NCBI GenBank assembly: GCA_964016885.1
Contig: OZ024741.1
Coordinates: 361,150,001-361,214,000 of the forward strand
Direction: 5' to 3'
Origin: Eledone cirrhosa
Lineage: Eukaryota
Length of the DNA stretch: 64,000 bases
The notes under the pieces are model-generated. The model saw only the letters and a list, made by a program, of their open reading frames with translations. It was not told the origin of the DNA and ran no database searches. The position numbers and the translations under genes were made by a program. Below are positions 1 to 13,629 of this stretch, piece by piece; within the stretch, counting starts at the first letter, position 1; each line of letters opens with the position of its first letter.

Positions 1-427
1 ACAAGTGCAGAGAGATGTCCAGATATAAAGCAATGCCTGTGCCATGAAGCTTTTATAGTGAGCAAAGGCATTGCACAAAGCCAGTCCCACTCTCTTAACC
101 AAGATGATATTTACCAAAAAGAAGAACAAGTCAACATCATTGGATACCATCAGGGTTGCAGGTGTTATATCAGAGTTTTCCTTCTCCTAGAATTCTGCCT
201 TGACAAAGGCGAAGGGGTCATCTCTCCCGGTGATTTTGGATGGCCATTGACTCTTAAGAGTTCCTTTGCCCTTTGACAGGTTTTGTTTTTAGTCCTGCAG
301 GATGTCCAAAGTCACCCTCCTCACCAAGAAACCTTGGTGGGGTTGCCAGTTTAGTCGCCAACGACTCAACCATGAGACTGGTTGTACTGGCATATATGTT
401 AGCAGTAGCACCAACTGGTGACCTGAC
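1..427 (-). mobile_element. Partial copy of a ~600-bp non-coding retroposon family embedded in (TACA)n/(TATG)n tracts
   Basis: Near-identical to 37161-37757, 37779-38331 and 39952-40560. It ends ...ccaactggtgacctgac directly against a (TACA/TGCA)n tract. Confidence 0.8.
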
Positions 428-600
428 ATACATACATGCATACATGCATGCATACATGCATGCATACATACATGCATGCATACATACATACATACATACA
501 TACATGCATGCATGCATGCATGCATACATACATACATACATACATACATACATACATGCATGCATGCATGCATACATACATACATACATACATACATACA

Positions 601-631
<31 letters not shown>

Positions 632-733
632 GATAGATTACCCAAGTGTAGTTGGCATGAACTTTGGCAAAAACTGAAAGGAAATTGCATGATATAGCTG
701 CTCCATATCTTACCAGGATGTGTCTATTCTCTC

Positions 734-770
<37 letters not shown>

Positions 771-815
771 TCTTCTTCTTCTCCTATCTATCTATATCTA
801 TCTATCTATCTATTC

Positions 816-861
<46 letters not shown>

Positions 862-1008
862 GTCTTTGTATTGTCCCACACACACACAGGAATAATCTAC
901 AAATGTTAATTTGTTTCTAACCTGAATGACACGTAAAATGTCAGAGTTTGTGTGAGATTATGTCCACATGCTAATGCATGCTCACACACACACGTTATAA
1001 ATGTATGC

Positions 1009-1051
<43 letters not shown>

Positions 1052-1143
1052 AGTAATATATGTCTCTCTTTTTCTATATATATATGTGTGTATATATATA
1101 TATATGTGTGTGTGTGTATATATATGTATATATATGTATATAT

Positions 1144-1215
<72 letters not shown>

Positions 1216-1420
1216 ATATACATATATATACATATATATACATATATATATATTGGTGGTGTGTGTGTGTTATTATATCTGAATGTTTCTTATTACCAGA
1301 GTCAAAGTTTAGCATGCTGCATCATTACCATCAACAACAACAATAACAATACCAATAACAATAGCAATAGCAATAATAATAACAACAACAACAATAACAT
1401 CAATAGCAGCAACTAGTCAC
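428..1420. repeat. Compound microsatellite block: (TACA/TGCA)n, (CT)n, (CTAT)n, (TA)n/(TG)n, (AAC/AAT)n
   Basis: Directly visible simple repeats. They explain the YIYI/MYVC ORFs. Confidence 0.95.
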
Positions 1421-2013
1421 CACCTATTTGTTTGCAAATATTTCTATGCCATGTTAAAACTGTTACAATGTCTATTTATTTAACATCAGTGTTTTTGATT
1501 TGTGCTGGCATTTCATTTCACTGTAGCTACATGAGCTTCCTTGCAATACAATTAGACTGTTTTCTGATATAAACAGATAGATGTAATGGAGCCTGAACTT
1601 CTGATGGGATTGCAAGGGTGCCATTTTGCATAGGCAGCCTCTGGGTATTTAGCACCCTAAGCTAGCTTTATAATGTGCACCCCATTCTCTTAAATAAAAT
1701 AATTTCTATTTACAGTTTGGTAAGTAGACAAACTTAGATTTTGACACTTCTTGCTTTGACCACACTAAGAACATTACTAAGCCTGCATTTTCTTCTACAC
1801 TGTCCACACACACCTATGCCAAATCATGTCACAGGTCATAACACCATACAATTCTCTCTTCGATTTTGAATATTTCCACGATGTTGCTACACAGCAAAGA
1901 TGTTTAGTGATTTATTTATGGGAGGAAATTATTAAATCCAATTTAATTATACAAATCTGTATAAAATTATAACCCCTTAATGTTCAATAGTGGACTTCTC
2001 TGAAGTCTGTGTC

Positions 2014-5000
2014 TGACATGTTGTTTTACACATGTTGCTTTAAACATGTTGTTTTAAACTTTTAGCATTTACATTACTCTGTTTTTACTATTATATTTTC
2101 AGTGTAAAGGCTTTATGTCACATAATTATCTCACATAATATCAAATCTATGAGATTTTGATATTATTTATTTTGAGAACAATACCTTAACCAGTATGAGT
2201 GGCCATTTACAGCCAGTTTGAACAGAAAAAGGTGAGAGAGTTCTGACTGGATACAGCTAGTTTAAATGCTAAAGGGTTAAACATGTTACTTTATCTTGCT
2301 ATCTTAATTATCTTTATTTTTAATATTAAATCATGTGACTTCTTTTATTGAGGCACAATCAAAGGGACATAATTTTTTAAATATTAAAGTGAAACATCAT
2401 CCTCTTATCAAATGGGATGTTAGAAATTATGAATTAGTCAATGTGCTAGGTATCTATGCTCCATATGAAGTCCTTAACTTTTGCTGGGGCTTTCTTATTC
2501 TCAAAGAGTGACCTGATGATACTGGTAGTTGATCAGTCTGCACCTGTGACAGTGTGAGCCGGGTACGATGAACTGTAGCAGCTGAAGCACTGACATTCAA
2601 TGTGGGGCCAGCACCCTTGTAGGCCATCACTGGTGAATCATTGACTCTGATCTGTTGAGCTGGTAAACTGAACGTCATCCGTTTCTGTAGATTGTATAAT
2701 TTCTGCAGGTGTTACCTGTTACATCTGAGCAGTCGTCCATCGCTATGTATTCTCATGATGGAGCTACATGGTTCTGTACATTTGTCTATGACTGTTGCTG
2801 GTTGCCATGTGTTATTTTCTTGAAGTACAGACACTTTGCTGCCTATAACTAATTCAGGAAGGTATTTTGTATTTCTGTTGTATTACTGTTCTTGTTTCTT
2901 ACTTTTCATGTCCATCCTTTCTCAGATTTGATTGTCTTTTGGGGTGTCAGTGTTCAACACAATTGGAACTCTTATTCTTATTTTTCTATTGAATAGGATT
3001 TCTGCTGGTGATGGTAAGTGACTGTCTAGTGAGTTTCTCTTAGGTATAGAAGATCTATTTTACACTCCATATTTGATTGTTGTGCTTTTTTCATATTATT
3101 TTTCACTGTTTGGACCATTTGTTCAATGAAACCATTTGATTGTGGGTATCATGGCTGGATATGATGTGCTCGAATTTCCACTCTCTGGCGAAATTATGGA
3201 ACTCAATGGACACAAAATATGTGGCATTGTTCCGATTGCTCTTCATAGACTTCACAAAAGCACTGTACACAATAATTTTCATTATTTCATTTCAAAAGGC
3301 ATTTTGAGTATTGATCAGCAATGAGTAAGAATTGTTGACCGTTGAAGTCAAAGATGTCAGTTGCAACATTTTAGAATGGTTTAGTTGGATGTTCTTTGAC
3401 TATCATTGTCTTTTTGGTATTTTTCTTTGGTGCTCATTTCACATTTCACATGACCTTACTAGCTTTTCAATGTCTTTATTTAGACCTGTCCAATAAACAC
3501 TATTCCTACCTTTGACTTGACATTTGAGTTGACATGAGCTTCATTAATTATTTGAAGAACATTGTTTTTTGTATTTTTTTGGTATGACTATGCATTCACC
3601 TTTAGTCACTAAGCCATCTTGTTCTGATAGGTATTCTTTCAATGGCCAGTAGTTTCTTATAAATTTGGGTACATCTTACACACTCTCTGGCCATCCACTT
3701 ATCATTTGTTTTAGTATTTTCAAATCTTCATTTTCTGTTGCTTCTTGTAACTCTGTTTGCTTCTGTACTCATATATCAACAGCATGTATTTTAAGATCTA
3801 GTTCAATCTCTTTGCCATATGTTGGTTGTAATCTTGATAAATAATCTGAAACTCTCATTTCTTTACCTGATTTGTATGATTTGAGCATCATACAGTTGTA
3901 GCCTTAACAACATTATTTACAGACTTGGGTGTACATGTGCAATGTTTTTGATCTATGTATTTTTCAATGGTTTGTGGTTTGATTCAATTTGAAACCATTT
4001 CCCGTACACACATATATGAAAATTTTCACAACCAAACATTGCTGCAAGTAGCTCTCTTTCTATATTTGCATATCTTGACTAGCAAATCAACAACTTTTGC
4101 CACCATTGATTAGTGTTGCACCTATGCCTAATATGCTAGAATCTACTTGGATCACTCTCTTTGCATTAGTTTTGAAATAAGTGAGGCAGATGTTTTTACG
4201 AACACAGTTTTTCGAATTTTACAAAGCTTTTTTCGTGTTTTATTCCATTGCCATTCAATCACTTTCTTGAGTAGGGGCTTCAGTGGGGCTGTTCTAGAAC
4301 TAAGTTTTGATATAAAAGGGCTTAGGTATTGAAACATACCTAGAAATTGCTGAAGTTTTTTACAATTTGTAGGTGTGGGCTTTGATTTGATTTTGTCACA
4401 TTTTTCTGGATCTGGATGAAAACAATGTAATTACACGTGGAGATCTCTGGCTACATCTTAGGAAAATTCAGCCTCACGTCAAAGAGTTAGCTAGACTCTA
4501 TGAAGCTCAAGGGTCCCATTGAAATGAGTCAAAGTTAAAGTAAGTTGATTTATCCGAAAACTTGGATATGCTATTGTTACAAAGCAAACTAACAATTTTT
4601 TTTATTTGTAGTTGCAATCTGACTGGACTGGAAACCATCTACTACAATTCACTTACTCATTTGTTGTATATATTTTACCATTTATTAATAAATATACCCT
4701 CCCGCGTAGTCATGAAAACCCTCTTCCGTGGTCTCTAAGCTCACAAAGCAGAGGGGACATCAAGTTAGATATCAATATTTATTCTGTCCATTTCATTAAA
4801 GGGAAAATTGGAAAGCTTTGAAATGATATAATTGCCACTTTCTTCCAGATAAGAGCACTCGTGGGATAGAGTTGCTCTTGTATAAATGTTCAAAATAGCT
4901 GGTATTGCCTGGTGGGAATATAACAAATTCAACTGGTCCTTATTCATAAAAAAGAACATTTATGTTCCTTTTTTTGAAATTTATATATTTCTTTCAAGGA

Positions 5001-6885
5001 ATGTATTGATACTCTTAACTGCCTGAATATTGTTAATCAATTTTTTAGTAATCTACTGATATCAAAATCAATAGTATATTGAAAAATGGAAAAATAGGGG
5101 GGGGGGGGGGGGGGTTCGTGATTTCAAGGGACAAAAGGGGGCGTTTGGCCTAAATGGGTTGAGAACCTGTGATCTAGTCTGTTGGTTCATTTACTTTTGT
5201 GATCACACCAATATCTTCTATATTGTCTAATTCTTTCTTCAATTTATCTTTCAAGTGCATTGAATATTTCCTTGGCGCTTGGGTCGCCAGTGTTGCATTT
5301 TCAACAATGTATATTGTTTGTTTTCCTGGAAAATTTCCAATACTCTGATATTTGTCAAGGTTTTCTATGTTTTTTTTTTTTTGTATCTGATGGTGCAATA
5401 CAACAGTTAATTTGCACCAAACCCAACTGCATATAAGGTCTTAGACAGTTGTATCATTGTCACACACAAAATATTGGCTTGGATGGTGTCAGAAATATTG
5501 TATCTAATACTGAGCACCAACAAACCATATTGTGGTGCCCTGGTGCCATTCACTGCCCATAGGATAATATGTTCTCTTTTGAGACTTATTTGTTTGCCAA
5601 TATTTTAATCAATATTTTGGGGGTACATCTGTTTATATAGCCTGAATGGTAGTATGTTTTCATTGGTCTTGGTGTCTATTTTCATTTTTATTTATACTTT
5701 CTTTTGTAGGAGTCTTTACAATCTATGATAGCAAATATTTCCTTCCTGTTATTAATTCTTTTGTATTTTTTCTTTTCTATAGTGTATAGTTATAAATCTT
5801 CTTGGTCTGAATCATATTCTGATTTGTAAGTGGCATTCATATTTTCCTTATCTTTATTTTGTTTTCTGTGCTGCCATTGGCTTTGTTTTCTGGACCTATG
5901 TTGACTGGGGTTTCTATTTTGGTATGTGGTTGCTTTTGCAAGGCAAACATTTTCAAAATGTCTATGGAATGTTTTGCATTCTCTGTTAAATGCAGAACAT
6001 CTTTTCTTTTTCTGTGAGCCTTCCCATATCTTCCATGCTGTCTCTTATTTTTCATTGTTATTTCATAGCACGTACATCTTTTTCTTTCACTGACATCATT
6101 GTAATATGTACTGTTTTTATTGTAGCTTCATATCTTATGTTTTCAATAGCTAACTCTAGCTTAAGATTTCTTTTTTTATCTGTTCACTTCAGTCTTTTTA
6201 TTATTTGTTCAATGATTTTTTCCTCCTAGATTGTGCCAAAGTTGCATCTTTCTGCTTTTGATTTAAGTCTAAATATTCATCAACTGACTCTTCAGTTTGT
6301 TGTATTGATGAGAACTCTAATCATTTAACCAATGTGTTTGGTTTTTGTATCAGATGGGCTTCAAAAATTCTGAATACATTTGTTGATATTTCTCTATGTT
6401 CAGCCATAAAATTTGCATTTTGTATTAATTTTCAACCCTTTAGTCTTGTGTTAAGTAAAATATAATCGTGTTGATAGTGAAATAAGAGCTCATAAAATTG
6501 ACCCATTCATTATAAGTTTTGCACCTGTTTTCATTCAACCAGCCCAAATTTGGTAATGGGATTTTTGATGTCACCATCTTTGGCACTCACCATTCGATTC
6601 AGCTCACTTGGACACATTTGAAAGGAGAAAAAATTAACTTCCTTAGCCTATTGTTATTATCTTTGCAATTGTTTGACTTCCATTTTTTCTTTCTAGGTGT
6701 GACTGGCATATTGCTGCTTTGTTGCCACCATAACATGTTGTTTTACACAAATGAAGCAGATTTTTAAATGTCTTACTTTATGTTGCCCTCTTAATTATCT
6801 TTTTTTAAATATTAAATCACATGAAATCTTTTTGTAAGGCACACTCAAAGGAACACAATTTATGAAATATTAAATCAAAACATCA
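2014..6885 (-). mobile_element. Decayed Ty3/Gypsy LTR retrotransposon with both LTRs (5' LTR 6731-6885; 3' LTR 2014-2399, interrupted by a MITE)
   Basis: Diverged direct repeats with TGA...TCA-like ends. A PBS-like TGGTGGCAAC follows the 5' LTR on the minus strand, and a purine tract GATAAGAGGA precedes the 3' LTR. Pol remnants: QAPRKYSMHLKDKLKKELDNIEDIGVITKVNEPTD (pre-RT, 5174-5398) and FQYLSPFISKLSSRTAPLKPLLKKVIEWQW (RT thumb/connection, 4152-4337). Many stops and frameshifts. Confidence 0.85.
2054..2280 (+). mobile_element. piggyBac-type MITE (~225 bp), copy inserted in the Gypsy 3' LTR
   Basis: Family consensus termini TTAA-CCCTTTAGCATTTA...TAAATGCTAAAGGG-TTAA. The internal sequence is shared with five other copies. 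Confidence 0.8.
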
Positions 6886-7293
6886 TGTGCCTTAGACAGC
6901 TGCCTATCTGGCCTAATGTAAATAAAGTACCACTCCAGATCTGAATACAACTGATTTCATCCAAAGAATTGTAACTGAACAAAATAATATGGCAATGAAC
7001 CCTTACCTCCTGGTGGAGTAATATGGATGCTATCTTGGGCATTTAAACCTGGTGAAGCCCATCCCTCCTAAGGTTGGAAAAGAGTTGATATCTTCCAGAG
7101 AAATAGAGTAACAGAAGTGAAAAGAAGAGATAGAAGAAGAATTGACTAGTATTGAAGTAGTAATTTATTTACAAACCCTGAAAGGATAAAAAGTAAAGTT
7201 GACTTTGGCATAATTTGTACTTGGTGTGCAGAGAGCCAGAATGAATATTGAAAGGCATTCTATTTGTTTTAACAATTCAGCCAATTTGCTGCC

Positions 7294-7521
7294 TTAACCA
7301 TTTAGCATTTAAACCAACTGTATCCAGCCAGAATTCTCTCACCTCTTTCTGTTCAAACTGGCCATAACTGGCCACTAATACTGATGTTAAGGCATTGTTT
7401 TCAAAATAAATAATATCAAAATCTCATAGATTCGATATTATGTGAGATATTATGTGAGGTAAAGCCTTTACTGTGAAAGTACAATAGTAAATATAGAGTA
7501 ATGTAAATGTTAAAGGGTTAA
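7294..7521 (-). mobile_element. piggyBac-type MITE copy
   Basis: ttaaccatttagcattta...taaatgttaaagggttaa; reverse complement of 2054-2280. Confidence 0.8.
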
Positions 7522-7839
7522 ACAGGCAGATGTGGTTGGCTAAGATAGCAGAATGTGAGAAATGCAACCAGGTTGACCTAAGGCTTAGTAAAAGACACTT
7601 GCTCAAAGTACCATGTAGTTCTGAGTTCTTGAGTGGTAGTCATTATTCATTGGCTAGATTAACAGTACTGACTGGTCTTCAGGTGCCTTTATTGGGGTTC
7701 CCAGTATTTAGGCAATGTTCTAATTTAAGGATAATATTTTCTCTTCTTCCTATTCATCATCATAAATATTTGACAGGTATTTTATATAATGACCCTGGAA
7801 GGATGGAATGTAAATTAGACCTTGTGCAGAGGCTAAGTC

Positions 7840-8100
7840 TGTTTGAAGCCAGAAGGCTCATTAAGCTGGTGCATATCTCGGTTTCATGGCATGAAGTGAC
7901 TGCGAGTACAAGACTCCCCACCTGGACAGGACACCAGTCCATCACAGGGTTAAACCCCCAGCTATTGCTGGTACTCATTTTCAGCTGAGTATAATGAAGT
8001 TTTTTTCTCAAGAACACAAAAAGCAACTCAGCCCAGGAATCAAACCCACGACATTATGATTGTAAGTCCAACACCTTTACCACTAGGCCACACGCCTCCA
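7840..8100 (-). mobile_element. tRNA-derived SINE
   Basis: Minus strand begins ggaggcgtgtggcctagtggtaaaggtgttgg...gggtttgattcc (A-box and B-box like). Related to 14955-15160. Confidence 0.65.
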
Positions 8101-8759
8101 CAACTGTGCAGAGACAGACAGGCTATGTGGGTATTTGAGCAATGCCTGGTGGGCTACTGAGCTGGGTAAAAGAATTTTGATAAAACAGCTGAAAAATGTC
8201 ATAAAAACTTCAACTTATAGCCACTACACAAAGATTAAAATCCAAATAGGACACACATTAGCTGCTTGGTGAAAATAATTAGCAGTCAGTTAGTCAGTGT
8301 TGTCCAGATCTCCCCTGCCCCTACCCTGGGCTAGTTTTAAGACTCAGTATGTTTCTGCTTCTGTTTGATTTGATTGTATTTCTTCTTATATGTAGAAGTA
8401 TGAAACTAAGTACTGACAAATAATTTAATCTAATTCTCTCCTAAGTTACTGCAAAAATAATTTCATTCATTGGTCATGATGCCATCTTAGAATGTCAAAC
8501 ATCCAGCTATATGGCATTCCAAAGTAAATTACCATTTTATATATTGTCATTAGTAAAACATTCCAATTCTGCTTCTCCTCTCCCAAGTGTCTACATTCGG
8601 GAAGTTAACACTTCTGGTTTTCTCTCCAAGATTCCAAGTAATGGATAATATTCATGTCTCAGTCAGAAATCAATATCTCCAGCATTCCAGCCCCCAGAGA
8701 GACAGGGAGAAACCGACTGGGGAGTATGACAAACTAATTAGAATAGAGGAATATCAACA

Positions 8760-8976
8760 ACTGCATAGCAGCAGCAACAACAACAACAGCAACAGCAACA
8801 GCAGCAACAGCAGCAGCAACAGCAGCAGCAACAGCAGCAACAGCAACAACAGCAGCAACAGCAGCAGCAACAGCAACAACAGCAACAACAGCAACAACAG
8901 CAGCAGCAGCAGCAATGACAACAACAACAACGGCAGCAGCAGCAACAACCACAACAATCACAATCATAACAACAAC

Positions 8977-9010
<34 letters not shown>

Positions 9011-9342
9011 ACAGCACCACCACCACCACCACCACTACCAACAACAACAGCAGCAGCAGCAGCAACAGCAACAGCAACAACAACAACAACAATTATAACA
9101 ACAATGGTGTAATAACAACCACGACAACAACCACACTGACAACAACCACAAAAGCATAACAACAACCAATTACAACACAGACAACAGTAACAATGGCAAA
9201 ATAACAAGAACAACAATGACAAAGCAACAATGGTATAACAACAGCAACAATGGTCATAACTTTAGGTGCAAGGTCAGCAGTTTAGAGAAAGGGAAAAATC
9301 AATTAAATTGACTTGGGACTTTATTTTATTGACCCCAGAAGG

Positions 9343-9420
<78 letters not shown>
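8760..9420. repeat. (CAG/CAA/CAC)n trinucleotide block followed by (CAT)n
   Basis: Visible simple repeats. The poly-S/N/T/L/V ORFs derive from them. Confidence 0.95.
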
Positions 9421-9422
<2 letters not shown>

Positions 9423-9759
9423 TGTTTAATGTCCGGTTTCCATGCGAACATGGGTTAAATGGGTTGTCCCATTTCTACCAAGTTGGATCAGGTAACCATG
9501 TCTTACTCATGTAGAACTGTTTTTGGTTAGGTTTCTACAGCTGGATGCCCTTCCTAGTGTCGACCACATTTACAATGTGTACTGGGTGCTTTTTGTTGTG
9601 ACTCCTACATGACCACTTTAAACAAAATCAATGGGATTCAAACTCAGGACATAAAGAGCCATATATAAATGCAAGTGAGGCATTTTTTTCTGATGTTCTA
9701 ATGATAAGCTCATAAATGTCAATCCCCCACTTTCTCAACCAGATTTGACAACATTCAAA

Positions 9760-10080
9760 ACTTATCTATCATTAAGTTATGCAAATAAAAAAAGACTATG
9801 CTGGCTTCGAACTTAACATATACCTTTGAACTACATTCTACCAAGAACAGGTTGTAGAGATTCACCTCTATGTTCTTGTGGTGACTCTCCAGAAACTCTT
9901 TGGCACTCTTTGTTCCAATGTAGAAACTATCAGTCTGAGAGAGAGGCCATGTTGAAACCAATCTTTAAAAATGCTACCAAGATTGGAAGTTCAATATATG
10001 ATTACAGGTCTACCAAATATAAACAAAATCTTTGGATACATGGAAGCTACAAAAAGATTCAGCAACAGAAACTTCTAGTG
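9760..10080 (+). mobile_element. 3' fragment of a non-LTR retrotransposon (C-terminal CCHC zinc knuckle)
   Basis: ORF 9826-10161 contains SPLCSCGDSPETLWHSLFQCRNY, the CxC-x4-ET-xxH-xxxxC motif typical of LINE ORF2 C-termini. Confidence 0.7.
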
Positions 10081-10174
10081 GTTTTACTGCTTCCCTTGTT
10101 TCCTGTTTTCATTTTCTTTCTCTTTTTTTTTATGTATAATCTACCTCCCATAAACATATAAAGATCCTATACCC

Positions 10175-10393
10175 CAGGCATGTCAAGCATGTGGCCCATG
10201 GGCCACATACACCCCTTTACAAGCACACCTGCGGCCCACACAAAGGTTTTTACAGCGCGAGCGTGTTTTATCTTCGTAATATAAAATGAAAAAAATTAGT
10301 TGTAATGTGCACAATTAGTTGTCATGTGTGGCCGCCAGACAACACATATGGGACCCATGTGGCCCTCGGGGGACCCTCAGTTTGACATGCCTG
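10175..10393. mobile_element. hAT-type MITE with 8-bp target-site duplication
   Basis: TIRs caggcatgtcaa / ttgacatgcctg. TSD ctataccc at 10167-10174 and 10394-10401. Confidence 0.9.
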
Positions 10394-10501
10394 CTATACC
10401 CTATGGCCCATATGTAGTTCCAATAGGTTGTGTTTAATCCAATAGATTGCAGATGGTTGAGTTTTTATATGTACTTCATATATAGTGGCTACTGTTGGTT
10501 G

Positions 10502-10840
10502 TTGCTGCATGATGCCAGAGGTCACGGTCCTGTGTCACGCAGTAATACAGAAAAACCTGACTTCCCACGGGTACAAGCCAAAGCTGAAGCATATAGACAA
10601 TATGCCCCAGCCCACACTGTAAAGTGGACGTGTAAGCACCATGGAAAAAAGCACCCAGCACTCACTGTAAATGAGGTTGGTGTTAGGAAGGGCATCCAGC
10701 TGTAGAAATCAAGCCAGAATCAGTTCCAGTATCAGCAAGACAAGGTCATCTGACCGGACACTGTCCAGAACAGGACAAGCTGTCTAACCCATGCTAGCGT
10801 GGAAGAACGGACGTAAAACGGTGATAATAATGATGATGGG
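10502..10840 (+). mobile_element. 5'-truncated RTE LINE 3' end with a short 5' inversion
   Basis: 10533 onward matches the ORF end and 3' UTR of the RTE at 33470-33840 and ends in a (GAT)n tail. 10502-10536 matches the adjoining RTE sequence in the opposite orientation. Confidence 0.7.
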
Positions 10841-12779
10841 TATTTTGTGTAATGTGCTTGTGCTGTTGAATACTGGATGTTTCTGTTATTACTTTTGTTG
10901 TTAGTGTATTATGTGTGATGGTGAATGGCTTTGTGGTTAGGGTGTTCCTCTTATAATTGTAATGTTGCATGTTTGATTCCCAGCTATGTGTTGTGTCCTT
11001 GAGCAAGTTACTTCATTTCAGGTTGCTCCAGTTCATTCAGCTGGCAAAAATGAATTGTACCAGTAATTCAGCCTTGTCATACATTGTACCACGGAATCTA
11101 CCTGAGAAACAGTTATGGGTGCATATGTCTGTGGAATGCTCAGCCACTTACACGTTAATTTCATGAGCAGGCCTGTTCTGTTGTTTGTACAACAGGCACA
11201 CTCATTGTCAAAACCAATAGAGATTCAATACTGTGTGACAAGATTGCTATTGGAGTTGAGGTCTTTAACACACTGTTGGCGACATAATGCACCATAGAGT
11301 GACCTCCCCTTACTACATAATGCAGTGTCAAGGGAAGTAATTCATAAAAATTACAAGCACGCTAAAAGTTAATAGGAAAGATTTATCTTGACTTATTTAT
11401 AATATTCTTTGTTAACTGTTTTAGTTAATCTCAGTTGTAAGACTTTCCTTGTTAAAGGACCGTTGCTCTCTACTTTTTTTGAGTAGCTATATTTATAGCC
11501 ATAGTGCTTTGACATGAATGGCTCTATTGTTTGAAAAAATACCTCCATTTTTTTGTGCTGCATTTTACTGTGATTTTGGGTACATTTCAATTAATGTTTA
11601 GTGCTTTGTGTTGTCTATACATGTCTGATTTTCGTGTTGGTTTGATTTTCGTGTTGGTTTTACTCTGTGCTGGAGTTAGGAACTCAATGACAGGACTGTC
11701 AGAGAGAAGGGTGCTGCAATCAACTGAGAAAATTGCTCCAACTGTGTAAGATTTCCCAAACTCAATAGGATGATTTGGCTTGTGACAGTGCCTGCTGGGA
11801 TTGACCATTCACACCGAAGTAGAGGCTCTCCATGTGAATCAGCTACAGTCCAAGCATGTCTATACTGGAAACATAAAAAAACAACAACACTGCACAGCAA
11901 CAGCCCTTAACATCTGCATATGTATATCCACATGCTGCAGAACCTTCGACTGGAACAATGATGAGAAGGTAATCCTTATCAGTGATAGATGGTAAAGATT
12001 TTTGTGTTGAAAATTCATACCATTTCATTGTTCTAATTATTGTTTGTTTGGTGTTAAGTCACTGCTTTAAAATTTTTCATTTGTTTTATGGTTGGTGTTA
12101 ATCTGTTTATTTGCTTGTTGAATCTTATCTCATCATTGGTGTTTAGACTACAACTACTCCACTATGTTTATCTTTTAGTTGTTGTTATTAATGGTGGTGG
12201 TGGTGTATGTGCATGTGTGTATGTATGTGTGAATGTATATGTATGTGAGTGCACACTTGCATGCATATCTGTGTATGTGAGTGTCTGAAATATTGTTTCT
12301 AGGAATGAATGGTTCAATAAACCATGTCCTTTATGATGGGAATTGTTTGATAATCTATTTCATTGCTAGTTTCTCCTTTATGCCCCCATGTTGATGATAA
12401 AATAAGAACATGTCTCAAATTTCTTTGAGAAAAAAAAAAAATAACAATAACAATGACTAGGTGAAGTATCGTAAAAGTTGAGAAATAGAAAACAAAGTTT
12501 AGTCAAGTGCATAAATGTTAAAATATACTAAAACCTCTTTATCGGTAGTAAATGTAGGTTAACACTAGTGGACATGGTTAAATAAAACTAAAAAAAAAAA
12601 TGCGTTTACCTGAGTCATTCAGAGATCAGAAGAAAATAGAATGATGTTCACAGCAATAATTATTGACCTACTGTCAGCATGAAACACGCTAAAATACATG
12701 AACTGAAACACATACTATTCATGGGAATGCAACCACTGAGACAATATATATATATATACACATATATATATATATATAA

Positions 12780-12821
<42 letters not shown>

Positions 12822-12841
12822 GTGTGTGTATATATATATAA

Positions 12842-12875
<34 letters not shown>

Positions 12876-12992
12876 GGAACGAGTAGGACCCCGACGGCTG
12901 AGCTCAAGCCGTTTCGACGGGAATGCAGTCCAGAATTAGCCGTACTTTGGTGCGTTATGGTCCACCTGGTTCCTTACCACATTTCCTTCGTT
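12876..12992. mobile_element. Short (TA)n-flanked PLE-like remnant with the 3' half of a hammerhead ribozyme on the minus strand
   Basis: Minus strand reads ccgtc-GAAA-cggct-tgagctc-agccg-TC-ggggtc. Same family as 63745-63940. Confidence 0.65.
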
Positions 12993-13016
12993 ATATATAT
13001 ATATATATATATATAT

Positions 13017-13567
13017 TAGTTTTGCGAGGTTTTTTATATGAAATCGTGTGTCGAAACAAATATTGTTATACTTGGGGAGGGTCATACTTGTGTAATATTG
13101 CCAGAATTAATAACAGAACACACTCACTGTTTGGATGGTTTTCGCTTCTCGCTTCTGTGTCTTTTATATCGGTAATCTAACTTACTCGGTCCTCAATGTT
13201 GCCATTGACTGACCGACGGTCAAAAATAATACAGATACAATATAGACACAAACACATATATATAGTTTATCATAAATAAAAATGGCGTAGACATATAATA
13301 CAACAGGAGGAAACGATAACACCAATGACGATGTTGCAGATGTGCAACGAAAGATTTATGATAAACTATATATATGTGTTTGTGTCTATATTGTATCTGT
13401 ATTATTTTTGACCGTCGGTCAGTCAATGGCAACATTGAGGACCGAGTAAGTTAGATTACCGATATAAAAGACACAGAAGCGAGAAGCGAAAACCATCCAA
13501 ACAGTGAGTGTGTTCTGTTATTAATTCTGGCAATATTACACAAGTATGACCCTCCCCAAGTATAACA

Positions 13568-13569
<2 letters not shown>
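13017..13569. mobile_element. (TA)n-flanked fold-back element A: ~214-bp inverted arms (13064-13277 / 13354-13567) with a degenerate hammerhead in the spacer
   Basis: Arms are reverse complements with no mismatch seen by eye. The spacer contains aTGACGA-t-gttgca-gatg-tgcaac-GAAA-gatt-TA-tg (13325-13360). Confidence 0.85.

Positions 13570-13622
<53 letters not shown>

Positions 13623-13629
<7 letters not shown>

Noticed and set aside
254-1416. Many ORFs of YIYI, MYVC and HTYI type, here and throughout the window (e.g. 63228-63909)
   Set aside because: They are translations of TA, TG and TACA microsatellites with no stop codons by composition, not genes.
8587-9222. Poly-Ser/Asn/Thr/Leu/Val ORFs (also 42817-43311)
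   Set aside because: Trinucleotide repeats open in several frames, with no flanking domain or splice support.
11240-12110. Cluster of short ORFs that might be a host exon or LINE ORF1
   Set aside because: No recognisable motif or consistent frame, so I cannot support a call.
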